Positions 1 through 10,403 of a stretch of DNA of 64,000 bases are shown here, piece after piece. How positions within the stretch are numbered: position 1 is the stretch's first letter; each line of letters opens with the position of its first letter. A program made the translations under genes and the position numbers. The notes under the pieces are model-generated. The model searched no databases, was not told where the DNA came from, and saw only the letters and a list, made by a program, of their open reading frames with translations. Source of the stretch: Schmidtea polychroa (lineage: Eukaryota); the NCBI GenBank assembly GCA_044892525.1, contig CM097885.1:13704001-13768000 (forward strand), read 5' to 3'.

Positions 1-30
1 ACTGAAATAGAGAACCCAACAGATGACCTT

Positions 31-1518
31 ATGAAAGAAATACTTTCAACATCGAAAGATTCTCCAATAGGTTACTTTATAGAATGCGACCTCGACTATC
101 CAGATGATATAAAATCAGGAACAAGATATTTTCCTTTAGCTCCCATAAGAGGAAAGATTGATATCAACGAACTTTCTGAATGGCAAATCTCACAAGATAA
201 ACCTCCAACAATGAAACTTCTTTGTGATCAAACAGATCGAAGGTTTTATCTTTGTCACTATAGACTCCTCCAATTTTATCTTTCACGAGGTATGATATTA
301 AAAAAAGTTCATAGTGTCATAAGATTTAAACAAGCTCCATTCATGAAAGCTTTTATCGAGGAGAACATTAGGTGCCGAAACATTGCAAAAAGAGAAGGTA
401 ATCTTTTTAAAGATAATAATTATAAAATTTTAAACAATTCAGTCTTTGGGAAAACAATGGAGAATGTTGATAAATATACTCATATTGAACTCCTAACAAA
501 TACTACCAAAGATATTAAGCGTTATAATCGCATGCTAGGAAAGTCTACATTTAAAAACGCACAAGTATTTTCTGAAAATCTTACTGCAGTAGAATTAAAA
601 AATTATGAGAAAACATATAACAAACCAATATTTATAGGGTTTACAATTTTAGAACTTTCAAAATTACAAATGTATGAAACATATTATAACATCTTACAAC
701 CTATATACGGAGCAAATATATCAATGCATGCAATGGATACAGATTCAATGTTTTTAACAATAAGAACTCATGATTTACAAAAAGATATGAAAGAAAATCC
801 TATACTTTCAAATTTAATAAATTCATCTGGAGAACTATTTTCGTTTAAAGATGAAAAACCTTTTACTCCTATAGAAAATGGAATATTTATTCGTGCTAAA
901 CAATATTCATACGAAACATTTAGAAACCCTGAATTTATAACTAGATCATTTATATTTAAAACTCCAGAAACAGAAGAAACCATTACACATAGATATCCTA
1001 TATTTCCTAAAGAAGAAAAACCTGTAAAGGATAACAGATGTAAAGGAATACAGAGAGTGGTTGCAAAGAATCTTTCTCATCAAGATTATATAGATACATT
1101 GAATCCAAATCATAAAGATAAAATTGATGAAATACATCAACTTAAATGTGAAAACCATGATATTCACTTGATAGAATCTCAAAAAGTATCATTATCAAAT
1201 TATGATGATAAGAGATTCATACTAAGTGATTTAAAGACAACTCTACCTATTGGAAATAATTTAATCCCTATAACAAAAAATCTAGAAAAGTTGAATAAGT
1301 TATATGATACAAAGATTACTGATCTTGATATTTATAATGTTGAAATTATTTATCCCGAGAGAGAAATCAAGAAACCTTTATATTCTCAAGTTTTTAATCC
1401 TATATGTTTAGAACTTAAATATTTTAATACTGATCCTGAATATATAAAAGGTCTAAGTGATAAAGAATTTAAAGATCATAAATTAATGATTCATAGGTTG
1501 GCTTTCAACCATAACTGA
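31..1518 (+). CDS. polB: Protein-primed family B DNA polymerase (pPolB), C-terminal part; gene starts upstream of the window
   Basis: Motifs KILNNSVFGK, MDTDS, KQYS, KGI and DDKR; frame is open from position 1. Confidence 0.93.
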   Translation: MKEILSTSKDSPIGYFIECDLDYPDDIKSGTRYFPLAPIRGKIDINELSEWQISQDKPPTMKLLCDQTDRRFYLCHYRLLQFYLSRGMILKKVHSVIRFKQAPFMKAFIEENIRCRNIAKREGNLFKDNNYKILNNSVFGKTMENVDKYTHIELLTNTTKDIKRYNRMLGKSTFKNAQVFSENLTAVELKNYEKTYNKPIFIGFTILELSKLQMYETYYNILQPIYGANISMHAMDTDSMFLTIRTHDLQKDMKENPILSNLINSSGELFSFKDEKPFTPIENGIFIRAKQYSYETFRNPEFITRSFIFKTPETEETITHRYPIFPKEEKPVKDNRCKGIQRVVAKNLSHQDYIDTLNPNHKDKIDEIHQLKCENHDIHLIESQKVSLSNYDDKRFILSDLKTTLPIGNNLIPITKNLEKLNKLYDTKITDLDIYNVEIIYPEREIKKPLYSQVFNPICLELKYFNTDPEYIKGLSDKEFKDHKLMIHRLAFNHN

Positions 1519-1612
1519 AACCAACGATATTTAATTTTTTAATAATAAAATGTCGACAATTAATTTAAGCAACTATAGCAACCTGATCTACTTTTTTTAA
1601 AATACACCCATT

Positions 1613-2209
1613 TTATAAGTAAGAATTCTTTAACCATTTTTCTCGAGATGTTTTTTTATTACTTATAACATTAGCCACCATGCCCTCCCTTTTTAATCTT
1701 ATAACCTCATTCTTTATATCTTGTATTATTTGATTTGATTTCATTATTTCTTCGTCTGTCAGGATTCCATCTTCCAAAGCTTTTAATTGAAATAAAAATA
1801 ATTTAGAGATTCCTAATTCTATTGATAAACAAACTTCTCTATATAAACTTTTCTTTTTAGAAGTATAAGATAATGAAACTATTTCAGTTAAGAAACCATC
1901 AGCCACAGAAATACTTCCAAGTATTACAGGTGCAAGAGTAACAACTGGTAAAGTTATGGGTAAAATAACTGTTAATATTGCAGATGCAAATCCTAAAGAA
2001 TAACCTATAACTTTTAAAACTGTATTCCCTTTATTCCATCTATTTTTAATTTTTTTATAATGCTTTAATAAATCTTGTAAATGTAAGGTTTCTGATTTAA
2101 ATTCTTTTACTCTCATAATTTCAAGTTCTGTGGGAGCCGAGGCCTTGGAAGAATAATATCCTGATGATCTCAATTCTGGGTAAATTTTTTCTTCTCTTAC
2201 TTCTTCCAT
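1613..2209 (-). CDS. Hypothetical membrane-associated Polinton protein
   Basis: 198-aa ORF with a hydrophobic stretch (VIGYSLGFASAILTVILPITLPVVTLAPVILG), co-oriented with the structural genes. Confidence 0.7.
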   Translation of the reverse strand: MEEVREEKIYPELRSSGYYSSKASAPTELEIMRVKEFKSETLHLQDLLKHYKKIKNRWNKGNTVLKVIGYSLGFASAILTVILPITLPVVTLAPVILGSISVADGFLTEIVSLSYTSKKKSLYREVCLSIELGISKLFLFQLKALEDGILTDEEIMKSNQIIQDIKNEVIRLKREGMVANVISNKKTSREKWLKNSYL

Positions 2210-2217
2210 TTGATTAA

Positions 2218-3228
2218 TTAAAAAAATAAGACTTTATTCTTCTGAGCACCATCTGGCACCAATACTCGGATATCAAAAGAAACTCTTGTTGAGAGGATAT
2301 CTTTATACAATTCTCTCAATGCTTTACGAACTTCATCAACATCAACCTTTTTTTCATAAAATATTAAATCTATATATTGTACAAGTGAACTAGAAAAATG
2401 AATATTCTTACTTTTAACTTTATGTAGTCCATGTGAATGAGTATTAACATACCAATCTCCGTGTGGTAAATCATAACTAGTCATTATAACATCACCCTTT
2501 TCAAGCTTACTATTATAATCACATTTCACAAACCATTTCATTCTTTCATTATCATCATCAAACAAAAAGAAATAAGGATCAATAATTTTTACAACCATAA
2601 AAACACCCCATTCTTTACTGTTTGTTGTTATTAAACTTGGTTCTATAAAATGTTTATATGTATGGGGTAATAATGTTTTATTCTGTTCTAATTCAGCAGC
2701 TCTTTTTCTAATACTATGTGTGGTGTTAATGTGTGTTCCATGAGACTCTAAATTTGAAATTCTTTTATTAAATGATGTAATCATCTCATTTATTATTTTA
2801 TATATTGTATTAAATTTAGTATTCATAATTTGTTTATCTTTAGAATTTAATATAGCAGTATTTAACTTTACAACTTGTTCAGTTAACAGACTTTGTAACT
2901 TGTCAAATTTATCATTAAATCGTTGTTCGATATTATTAAGCTTTGATTCCATTGAATCAATTTTTGTTGTTAATGAACTTTCAATTCTCGTTGTTGTTAA
3001 ATCAGTATATTTTTTAACACCATCTACATATTTCTTATTAACTGCATCAGCTTCATCAGTTGGAAAAGATAATTCTTTTATCTTGTGTCCATTTAAAATT
3101 AAATCACCCTTCATTGAATCACCTCTTTCATTAATATATTTATTTTCTGTTAAAGTTAATATTTCTTCTGTATTAAACCCTGTTTTTATTGTTCCACCAC
3201 CTCTATTACATGGAATATAAGAACTCAT
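2218..3228 (-). CDS. Putative fibre/spike-like virion protein (fibre-type repeat plus coiled coil)
   Basis: GDSMKGDLILNGHKIKEL..PTDEADAVNKKYVD motif followed by a heptad-rich region; homolog at 63424. Confidence 0.6.
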   Translation of the reverse strand: MSSYIPCNRGGGTIKTGFNTEEILTLTENKYINERGDSMKGDLILNGHKIKELSFPTDEADAVNKKYVDGVKKYTDLTTTRIESSLTTKIDSMESKLNNIEQRFNDKFDKLQSLLTEQVVKLNTAILNSKDKQIMNTKFNTIYKIINEMITSFNKRISNLESHGTHINTTHSIRKRAAELEQNKTLLPHTYKHFIEPSLITTNSKEWGVFMVVKIIDPYFFLFDDDNERMKWFVKCDYNSKLEKGDVIMTSYDLPHGDWYVNTHSHGLHKVKSKNIHFSSSLVQYIDLIFYEKKVDVDEVRKALRELYKDILSTRVSFDIRVLVPDGAQKNKVLFF

Positions 3229-3252
3229 TTATTAATAATTTAAAATGAATCT

Positions 3253-4017
3253 TCAAACCTGTTTCAAATGTAAATACATTGAAATCTCTTCTCCATTAAA
3301 ATCAATCAATTCTCCTTCTTGATTAAGAATTTTAAAATTAATATCCATTATATATTTTCTACATAAAGGTAAATAATTTGGAGGATTCATTCTTTCAACT
3401 ATTTTATATCCCATAGGAACTGTGTTTGAGAGAAAGGAATATAAAACATTTGTTTGTTTACCATTATTATAAGAACCTGTTATACAATCGCAATGAATAT
3501 TTATTGTGTTTGTATTTATTATTTTTATAATATGTTCTGATGTTATTATTTTATCTTCTTTTATTGTTATATCCATAGGTTTAAATCCTAAAACTGTGTG
3601 AAAGAAACAATTATCTAAAAAACTAATTTTTATATTCTTCAAAGTCATTACACATTTTGAAGTTGGTATATCCATTTTAATTTTAATTCCTTCATTTGTT
3701 TTTTTAGAAAGTATATCATTTAAATCTTTTATCTCATATGCCCCAGGTTCTATTGTTATAATTTCTGGTTTATGCCCATCACGAGTTTGAATAGTAAATT
3801 TATTATTATCTTTAGTTATATTAAAAATAGTATTATAAGCACAAAACCATAATAGCCCCAATTCATAATTTAAATTTTGATCTAATTTAATTGAATCTTG
3901 AAAGTTTATAGTAAACTCTGATTCTTTTGAATTTATAGATAAAGTTCTTGAATATTTATCTGACATTATGTTTACCATTTTTTTTAAATTATCTTCCGGA
4001 GGGTTGTGAAGCTCCAT
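3253..4017 (-). CDS. Minor capsid protein (penton)
   Basis: 254 aa with IEPGAY, INIHCDCITGSYNNG and LIDFNGE motifs typical of Polinton/adintovirus pentons; adjacent to the protease. Confidence 0.8.
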   Translation of the reverse strand: MELHNPPEDNLKKMVNIMSDKYSRTLSINSKESEFTINFQDSIKLDQNLNYELGLLWFCAYNTIFNITKDNNKFTIQTRDGHKPEIITIEPGAYEIKDLNDILSKKTNEGIKIKMDIPTSKCVMTLKNIKISFLDNCFFHTVLGFKPMDITIKEDKIITSEHIIKIINTNTINIHCDCITGSYNNGKQTNVLYSFLSNTVPMGYKIVERMNPPNYLPLCRKYIMDINFKILNQEGELIDFNGEEISMYLHLKQV

Positions 4018-4065
4018 TTCTTTAGTAGTAAATTCATATAGTAAAAATCCTTATAGTAAAAATTC

Positions 4066-4530
4066 TTATAGTAGAGATTCTAGATCATTATAAATTTCTT
4101 GAATTATAGATTCAAAATCCTGCGTATGCCCCTTTCCCTCTTCCTTATTCAATCTATACAAAACATATAAACTTAAAATACCACATATTTTAGTATTCAA
4201 AGGTTGAACTTGTAAAGAGTTAAAAGTATAACCATTTGGGGAATCAATCGGAGAACCCCTCAAGAGATAATCTTCAACTTCTTTAGTAGGTTTAATCCCA
4301 AAAGAATCAAAGTAGATAGATTTCTTATATATACAAACCCAATGAGATCCTTTTTCATTTGAATTTTGATAATTGATTATTATATTCAGGGGACTCTCCA
4401 GACTTGATAATTCATCATTTATTAATATTTTAATTTTTAAATTTAAATAATTTGCATAATCTTTTAAATCAAAATTTGTTTTTGCATTTATTCCAAATGT
4501 TTTTAAAAAATCTAATATTGAAGGAGTCAT
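4066..4530 (-). CDS. Adenain-like cysteine maturation protease
   Basis: GSHWVC..YFDSFG..Q....CG catalytic His/Asp/Gln/Cys pattern. Confidence 0.9.
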   Translation of the reverse strand: MTPSILDFLKTFGINAKTNFDLKDYANYLNLKIKILINDELSSLESPLNIIINYQNSNEKGSHWVCIYKKSIYFDSFGIKPTKEVEDYLLRGSPIDSPNGYTFNSLQVQPLNTKICGILSLYVLYRLNKEEGKGHTQDFESIIQEIYNDLESLL

Positions 4531-4552
4531 TTTGTATTTTGAAACTTCGTAT

Positions 4553-5434
4553 TTATAACTTCGTATACTTATTAAATTTATCTTTTGAAATTATTCCTTG
4601 TTTTAACAAATCTTTAGAAATCTTTAAAATATCAGAATCTAAATTATTATGTCCTGCTTTCCTTGCAGCTAATAGTTTTCTTAATTCAATAAAAAGATTG
4701 ATGGGATTTGGTTTACCACCTTCACTAATTAATCCCTCTCCCTCTGTAACAACATAACCCTTTTCATTTTTATTTAAATAATTCTTTAAATCTTGAATAT
4801 ATTTTGCTTTAGAACTAGCTCTTATTAATCTTATTAAATTTAAATATTTTTTAATTTCTTCAACATCATCTGAAGAATATCCACAAAGTAATCTATAAAA
4901 ATCATCTGTAAATTCAAAGTCTAAATATTCATTATTATAAACATTTTGTGAATGAATACGTGATTTATTTTCTGAATTTGAATATAAAGTAAAGTTTTGT
5001 TTATTAATTGTTATTATTTGATATCCTTCAGTATTAGTATTAAATGTGGGTCTAATTGAAGGAGGTAAATCATCTCTAATTTTAGGATCAACTTTAAGAG
5101 GTTTTGTTTTTAAAAACATTTCTTCTTCTTCCACATTAGAAATTCTTCTGCGTTTTCTTTGATTTCTTTCAGGATGGTTTTCACTGGATTCTTTTTCTTT
5201 ATCCTGCCACTCTAGTTCTTTTATTTTTTGTTTTTTATCTTCTAACTCTTTAAATTTTGCTTGCTCATTGAAATCTTCCAACTCTTTTATAGCTTTAATT
5301 GTTGGCCCCTGTTGTTGTGTTATTACCTCATTTAATATTATAGATTCAGCATGTTGAGTTGTATCTTTTTTATTATATTTATCTTGTTCTGATTGTAATT
5401 TTTTTAAAAGTGCTAATCTTTCTTCATATACCAT
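4553..5434 (-). CDS. Conserved hypothetical Polinton protein
   Basis: 293 aa; homolog at 56294 sharing the C-terminal LLAA(R/K)KAGHNN motif. Confidence 0.75.
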   Translation of the reverse strand: MVYEERLALLKKLQSEQDKYNKKDTTQHAESIILNEVITQQQGPTIKAIKELEDFNEQAKFKELEDKKQKIKELEWQDKEKESSENHPERNQRKRRRISNVEEEEMFLKTKPLKVDPKIRDDLPPSIRPTFNTNTEGYQIITINKQNFTLYSNSENKSRIHSQNVYNNEYLDFEFTDDFYRLLCGYSSDDVEEIKKYLNLIRLIRASSKAKYIQDLKNYLNKNEKGYVVTEGEGLISEGGKPNPINLFIELRKLLAARKAGHNNLDSDILKISKDLLKQGIISKDKFNKYTKL

Positions 5435-5456
5435 TTTAATGGTATCAAAAATGGTA

Positions 5457-6035
5457 TCATAGTTCGAAGGGCTTCAAGTATAATCCTTTACCATTTTTAG
5501 TTTTACAAAGGCATCCATTCTTTAAAGATTTACATATTTTTTTTAAATCTTCTTTATCTTTTGAAGATAAAGATTCAGATGTAGAAATTTGATTTTTTAA
5601 AAAATCATTTAAACCTCTACCTTTATAAGGATCAAGATAGAGACCTTTGCCCTGAGACTTTTGCCGACTCCCCTCATATGGATTAAGATAGAGACCCTTT
5701 CCAACGGACACTCCCCCTTTAGCTTGCCCTACCTTCTTCATTGAATCGATTTCAGTTTGTAGTGTTTCTTTTTCTAGGTCTGTCTTTTGAGATTCTTTAG
5801 CTTTTTGAACTGTAGTTGCAATTCCTCCAGCTATTCCAGCAGCACCTGATAAACCAGCAATGATTGCAGGTATTAAAGCAGCTAATGGAAGAATGCCACC
5901 TTCTTTAGCTTCGTGGATCTTCGCTCTAACTTGTTCTTTTACATGTTTTCCAATAAAATATTTTTTACCATCAATTACTACTGATTTATTTTTATTTGAA
6001 TTTATTAATTCTTGCAAAGATTCTTCAGTTGTCAT
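5457..6035 (-). CDS. Putative core/membrane-lytic virion precursor
   Basis: GGILPLAALIPAIIAGLSGAAG segment and repeated GKGLYL motifs, candidate adenain sites; homolog at 55652. Confidence 0.65.
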   Translation of the reverse strand: MTTEESLQELINSNKNKSVVIDGKKYFIGKHVKEQVRAKIHEAKEGGILPLAALIPAIIAGLSGAAGIAGGIATTVQKAKESQKTDLEKETLQTEIDSMKKVGQAKGGVSVGKGLYLNPYEGSRQKSQGKGLYLDPYKGRGLNDFLKNQISTSESLSSKDKEDLKKICKSLKNGCLCKTKNGKGLYLKPFEL

Positions 6036-6050
6036 TTTATAATAAACAAA

Positions 6051-6857
6051 ATAGATGTACGAAGTCCAATAATTTGGAAACCAATTTTAAATAGACATAA
6101 GAGTAAATTTAATAATAAAGTATTTCCTGATAATTTTAGATTATTAATTGTTGGTTCTTCTGGATGTGGAAAGAATGTACTTGTTTTGAGAATGTTACTT
6201 GAAGATGATTTTTTAGATTATAATAATTTAATCTTTTATTCTACAACCATAAATCAACCAGAATTACAACTTTTGAAATGTGGATTTGAAAATAAATTAA
6301 CTAAAAAAGCAATAATTGATATTTTTAAAAATCAACATAGATGTCCTGAAGAAGTTTTTCAACCTTGTGATATGGTTGATTGGTATAAGGAAAAGATTTT
6401 AGAATCAGATATTAGTAATAAAAATGATTATATTTGTGAAGAAGGGCAGGAGGCAATTCAAGTTTTATTCTCTAATAAACCTGAAGATGTTTTACATTGT
6501 GATTTACTTCCTAAAGATAAAAAGAATCTAGTTATATTTGATGATGTTGTTAATATGAAAAATCAAGAAATTCAAAAGAGTTACTTTACACGAGGTCGAC
6601 ATAATAATTGTAATGTTATTTATATATCTCAAACATATTATGCTTTAGATAAAAATTCAATAAGAAATAATTCCAATTGTTTTATATTTTTTAAATTAGA
6701 TCGCCGTGATAAGAATATGATTTATAATGATTTATTTTCAAATGTTGAACCTGATAAGAATATGTTTGATATGTTTGTTGATAATCATTGGAAAGAAAAA
6801 TATAATTATATTTATTTGGATAGAGAAGAAGCTGAAATATGGAAAAGTTTGTTTTAG
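6051..6857 (+). CDS. A32/FtsK-like DNA packaging ATPase (start codon apparently ATG>ATA)
   Basis: Walker A GSSGCGKN, Walker B LVIFDD, RGRH, SQTY. Alignment to the E2 copy places the start at ATA 6051. Confidence 0.85.
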   Translation: MDVRSPIIWKPILNRHKSKFNNKVFPDNFRLLIVGSSGCGKNVLVLRMLLEDDFLDYNNLIFYSTTINQPELQLLKCGFENKLTKKAIIDIFKNQHRCPEEVFQPCDMVDWYKEKILESDISNKNDYICEEGQEAIQVLFSNKPEDVLHCDLLPKDKKNLVIFDDVVNMKNQEIQKSYFTRGRHNNCNVIYISQTYYALDKNSIRNNSNCFIFFKLDRRDKNMIYNDLFSNVEPDKNMFDMFVDNHWKEKYNYIYLDREEAEIWKSLF

Positions 6858-6868
6858 GGCTTGTCGAC

Positions 6869-8287
6869 TTAAAAATCTGTTTTCTGTAGTTCATTATTAT
6901 AAAATCTACCTAATATTTTTTCATTATTTAAATCAATGATGCTATATGTTATTGGAGTTGTATAATTTATTTTATTTATAATAAAAATTTCATTTGTCCA
7001 TTTTGCTGTGAATCCTTTTTCAAATTTATTTTTATATTTAAATATTCTTACTCGGTCACCAATTTTAAACTTTGGTTTTTCAATAACATCATTTTCAATA
7101 TTTACCACTTTAATGGTTTCAGGCTTCATGGAAGCATTTAAAGGTGTTAATTTTATAGAACTATGTACATCATTATTATATTCATTTACAATCTTTTGTA
7201 ACAATTCATTGTTCCATTTTTGTTTTCCAATAGCAGTAAAATATTTCCACATTTTATTTTTTAATGTTCTATTTAATCTTTCAACTACGACTGCTTTTCC
7301 TTCGTTTTCTGTTGAATATCATTTTCATTTAATATCATTTTCATTTAAAAACTTTGTAAAAACTTTGTTATAAAATTCTGTTCCTTTATCACACCATAAA
7401 TATTTTGGGATTCTTTGATTTTCTTCAAATATATTTTCAAATGCTTCTGTAATAGAATATCCTGTTTTATTTTCTAAACATCTTGCAAAAGCAAATCTTG
7501 TATATAAATCTATTACAGTTAAAATTATTTTATATTTTTCAGGGTCTGATGATTTGGGCATAAAGACTAAATCTGCAGACCATGTTTGATCTTTTTCATG
7601 TACTTGAACTTTTAAATATTTTTTATTTTTTCTAAATTCATGGTGTAATTCCTTTGCATATTTTATTTCTGATTCTGTTGGGGTTTGTAAACTAGTCTTG
7701 GCTGTACTCTCGAGGGATCTTTCAATCTCTGCTTGTTCGATAATCTTTTTATAAGCAACATCTTTTGCTTTCCTAGGAAGTCTTGCACCCATGGTGATCG
7801 GACTGTGTCCTAAGCCTATGAAAATCTTACCTCTCATTGCTAATTTAACTAGAGCTCTTTGAATCTTTTCTTGGGTTGATGGATTTTGGATACTATTTAA
7901 ATCATGTATTAAATTCACATCTGCAACATGTCTATCTCTAAGATTTGTTGAATTGTATGCAATGTCATGTTTTAAAGCTGCTTGATCAATTCTATTTATT
8001 GGTTCTTCTCCTTGTTTGGGATTATTATTTTCATCTAATCTAATATCTAGACGTGTTCCTGGTCCAGTATAGTTGTGTTTAAATAAATGTCTTTCACCTG
8101 GATATTTTTCTGTAGTAAAAGGTTTTAATATTGAAGATGTTGTTTTTGAAGATTGCAAATCGCCTCCAGCTCGTGGAATTAGGTCACCTACTGTATGTTT
8201 TTTAGTTTTAAGATGACTTGCTTTATGATGTCTTGTAACTTGACAATTACAAGTTTCACATCTCCAATAGGGTTTATTTAAAGACAT
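6869..8287 (-). pseudogene. ZnF-PLA2-retroviral-type integrase fusion interrupted by in-frame TGA stops near 7320
   Basis: C2H2 motif, NYTGPGT..DQAALKHDIAY, rve DDE motifs (ADLVFM, CDKGTEF, VERLNRT). A local duplication of AAATGAAAATGATATT adds two TGA codons relative to the intact E2 copy. Confidence 0.88.
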
Positions 8288-8304
8288 TTTAAAATGTTAA
8301 AATA

Positions 8305-9597
8305 TTAAGAATCTCCCCTAACATTTTCAATAATTGAAATCTTTCCACCATATAATTTCATTTCTATTTTCTTTTCTTCTAATATTAATGTATATACTTT
8401 AGCTTTAAAATTAGAATCCTTTGTTACATGAAGTGTAACATCAACATTATTTATGGCTAATCGATCATCTTGGTCTGATACATTTATACAAAATATAGAA
8501 TATAAATTTTTGAATTCTTCTAAACTTAACTGCGGTTCAACTTTGAAATCATAACATGTTTCAATATAATTTAGATATGGGAATATGTTTTCATTATTTT
8601 CAATATTAAATTCCATTCTATTTATTGGATAATAAGAACTATTTAATTGAATTTGGATTGTTTTTAAATTATCATCTCCAATCTTTTGAATAAATAGATT
8701 GTTATTTTTTTGGAAAGATGAATCTGTTTCTTTGAATCCAATCAAGATATATCTTGGTCGGTATGCTAAATTTGCTACCTTTATAGAATATGTTGAACCC
8801 TCTGTCATACTAAATTCACTACAGATTCTATTTAAATAATTTACATTTATAGACTTGTTGGAATTTAATCTTTCAAGGAGTTTAATCTCAGAATGTGGGT
8901 TTAATGTCCATTCAGGTATATGTAATTCAAGTGTTGATAATTTTAATTTAGCTTTTGTATCTACAGCTCCATAGAACAATCTTTTATCACCTTCTACTCT
9001 ATTACAGATGAATTCTATAAAAACATTATGAAGTATACGATTATAGTTTTGAAGGAATCCAAACAAGTGTTTTATTTCAAAATAACCTTCAAATTTTTTA
9101 GATTTATAAAGTTCAGCTCTTTTATGGTAACCATGGTTTACATCTAAACCATCTTTATCTAAATCCCCTTTATTAACATCAGGAATCCAACCTGTTAATT
9201 CACCATATTCGTTTTTATAATCACAACCAGTCAAAATAAAATTTAACATTGTAGAATATACTCCCGGATGCAAAACAGTTTCAATTTCTGATGATCCTAG
9301 TTTTAATCTCATGTTGGAGAATAAATTTGGAAAGAAATTATTTTCTAGGGTTATATCTTTGTTTGCTTCAATTTCTAATTCTACTTTGTAATATAATTTG
9401 GCATTACAAATATCTATTGGGTTTGATGTTTGAAGAGATTGAAAAACTATATCACCCCTACGATTTAAGTTTGCAATAGATCCTGAAGTTGGCGAGATTT
9501 TTAAAATATCATTTTTTTAAATTTCATGAGTAAATTCTTTATTATAATCAAGATTTAATTTATTTTTTTCTTGAATTTTAAGATTTATATTATTCAT
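8305..9597 (-). pseudogene. Major capsid protein (double jelly-roll) with nonsense codon at 9517-9519
   Basis: Colinear and highly similar to the 438-aa ORF at 52147; codon 27 is TAA here and AAG in E2. Confidence 0.8.
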
Positions 9598-9683
9598 TTT
9601 TATATATAAAAGTTGATAAAAATAAAAGTTGAAAAATAAAAATAAAAATAAAAGGGAATTCAATAAAAAAATAATTTATAAAA

Positions 9684-9947
9684 ATGATTGACTTTATTGA
9701 AAGAATGAGAAATGAATTGAATGAAGTTAAACTTAAGAGAATAAAAAGAATAGAAGAAGAACCATTAGAATACATTAAAGAGTTGGTGGTAGAGAATGAA
9801 AAGTATCGACATTTTTACATGAATGCAGTAGAAGTAGCTGAGAAAAGATTAGATAAAATAAAACAATTACAGGAAAGAATAAAGAACTTGAATCGATTAT
9901 TTAAAAAAATGACAAAAAATGCAAACCTTGATGGCGCAGTGGGCTAG
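9684..9947 (+). CDS. Small coiled-coil hypothetical protein
   Basis: 87-aa ATG-initiated, charged heptad-rich ORF divergent from the capsid gene. Confidence 0.5.
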   Translation: MIDFIERMRNELNEVKLKRIKRIEEEPLEYIKELVVENEKYRHFYMNAVEVAEKRLDKIKQLQERIKNLNRLFKKMTKNANLDGAVG

Positions 9948-10003
9948 ACTGACACAGTGGTTTAAAATGCTAGTGGTTCAAATCACATCTGAGGTTAGTT
10001 TTT
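9924..10003 (+). ncRNA. Candidate Pol III small RNA copy 1 (tRNA/VA-like)
   Basis: A-box TGGCGCAGTGG 9932-9942, B-box GGTTCAAATC 9975-9984, T8 run 9999-10006; 5' AACCTTGATG can pair with 3' CATCTGAGGTT. Confidence 0.6.
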
Positions 10004-10155
10004 TTTCAACATAAAATAATATTAAAAATTTGAAAATAATATTGAAAATAGTGTGGGTATCTTATATTTATAAAGTACTTGTATATTTTATTTTATTTAT
10101 TTTATTTTATTTTATTTTTTTATAAATTAAAAATTAAAAAAATGACAAAAATTCA

Positions 10156-10236
10156 AACCTTGATGGCGCAGTGGGAATAGACTGGCACAGTGGTTCAAAT
10201 GGATAGCGGTTCAAATCACATCTGAGGTTAGTTTTT
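10156..10236 (+). ncRNA. Candidate Pol III small RNA copy 2 (tRNA/VA-like)
   Basis: A-box 10164-10174, B-box-like GGTTCAAAT at 10192 and 10208, T8 run 10232-10239. Confidence 0.6.
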
Positions 10237-10403
10237 TTTCAACATAAAATAATATTAAAAATTTGAAAATAATATTGAAAATAGTGTGGGTATCTTATAT
10301 TTATAAAGTACTTGTATATTTTATTTTATTTATTTTATTTTATTTTATTTTTTTATTAATTAATTATTTTTTAAACATAAATATGAAAAAAAAAATATTG
10401 AAA

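Larger units (their letters stand above)
9903..10355 (+). repeat. Tandem duplication, 2 x ~232 bp
   Basis: AAAAAATGACAAAAA...GAGGTTAGTTTTTTTTCAACATAAAATAAT...TTTTATT repeated; A-boxes at 9932 and 10164. Confidence 0.9.

Noticed and set aside
9924..10236. Canonical tRNA genes
   Set aside because: A and B boxes are present, but there is no complementary D-stem, proper anticodon arm or full T-stem
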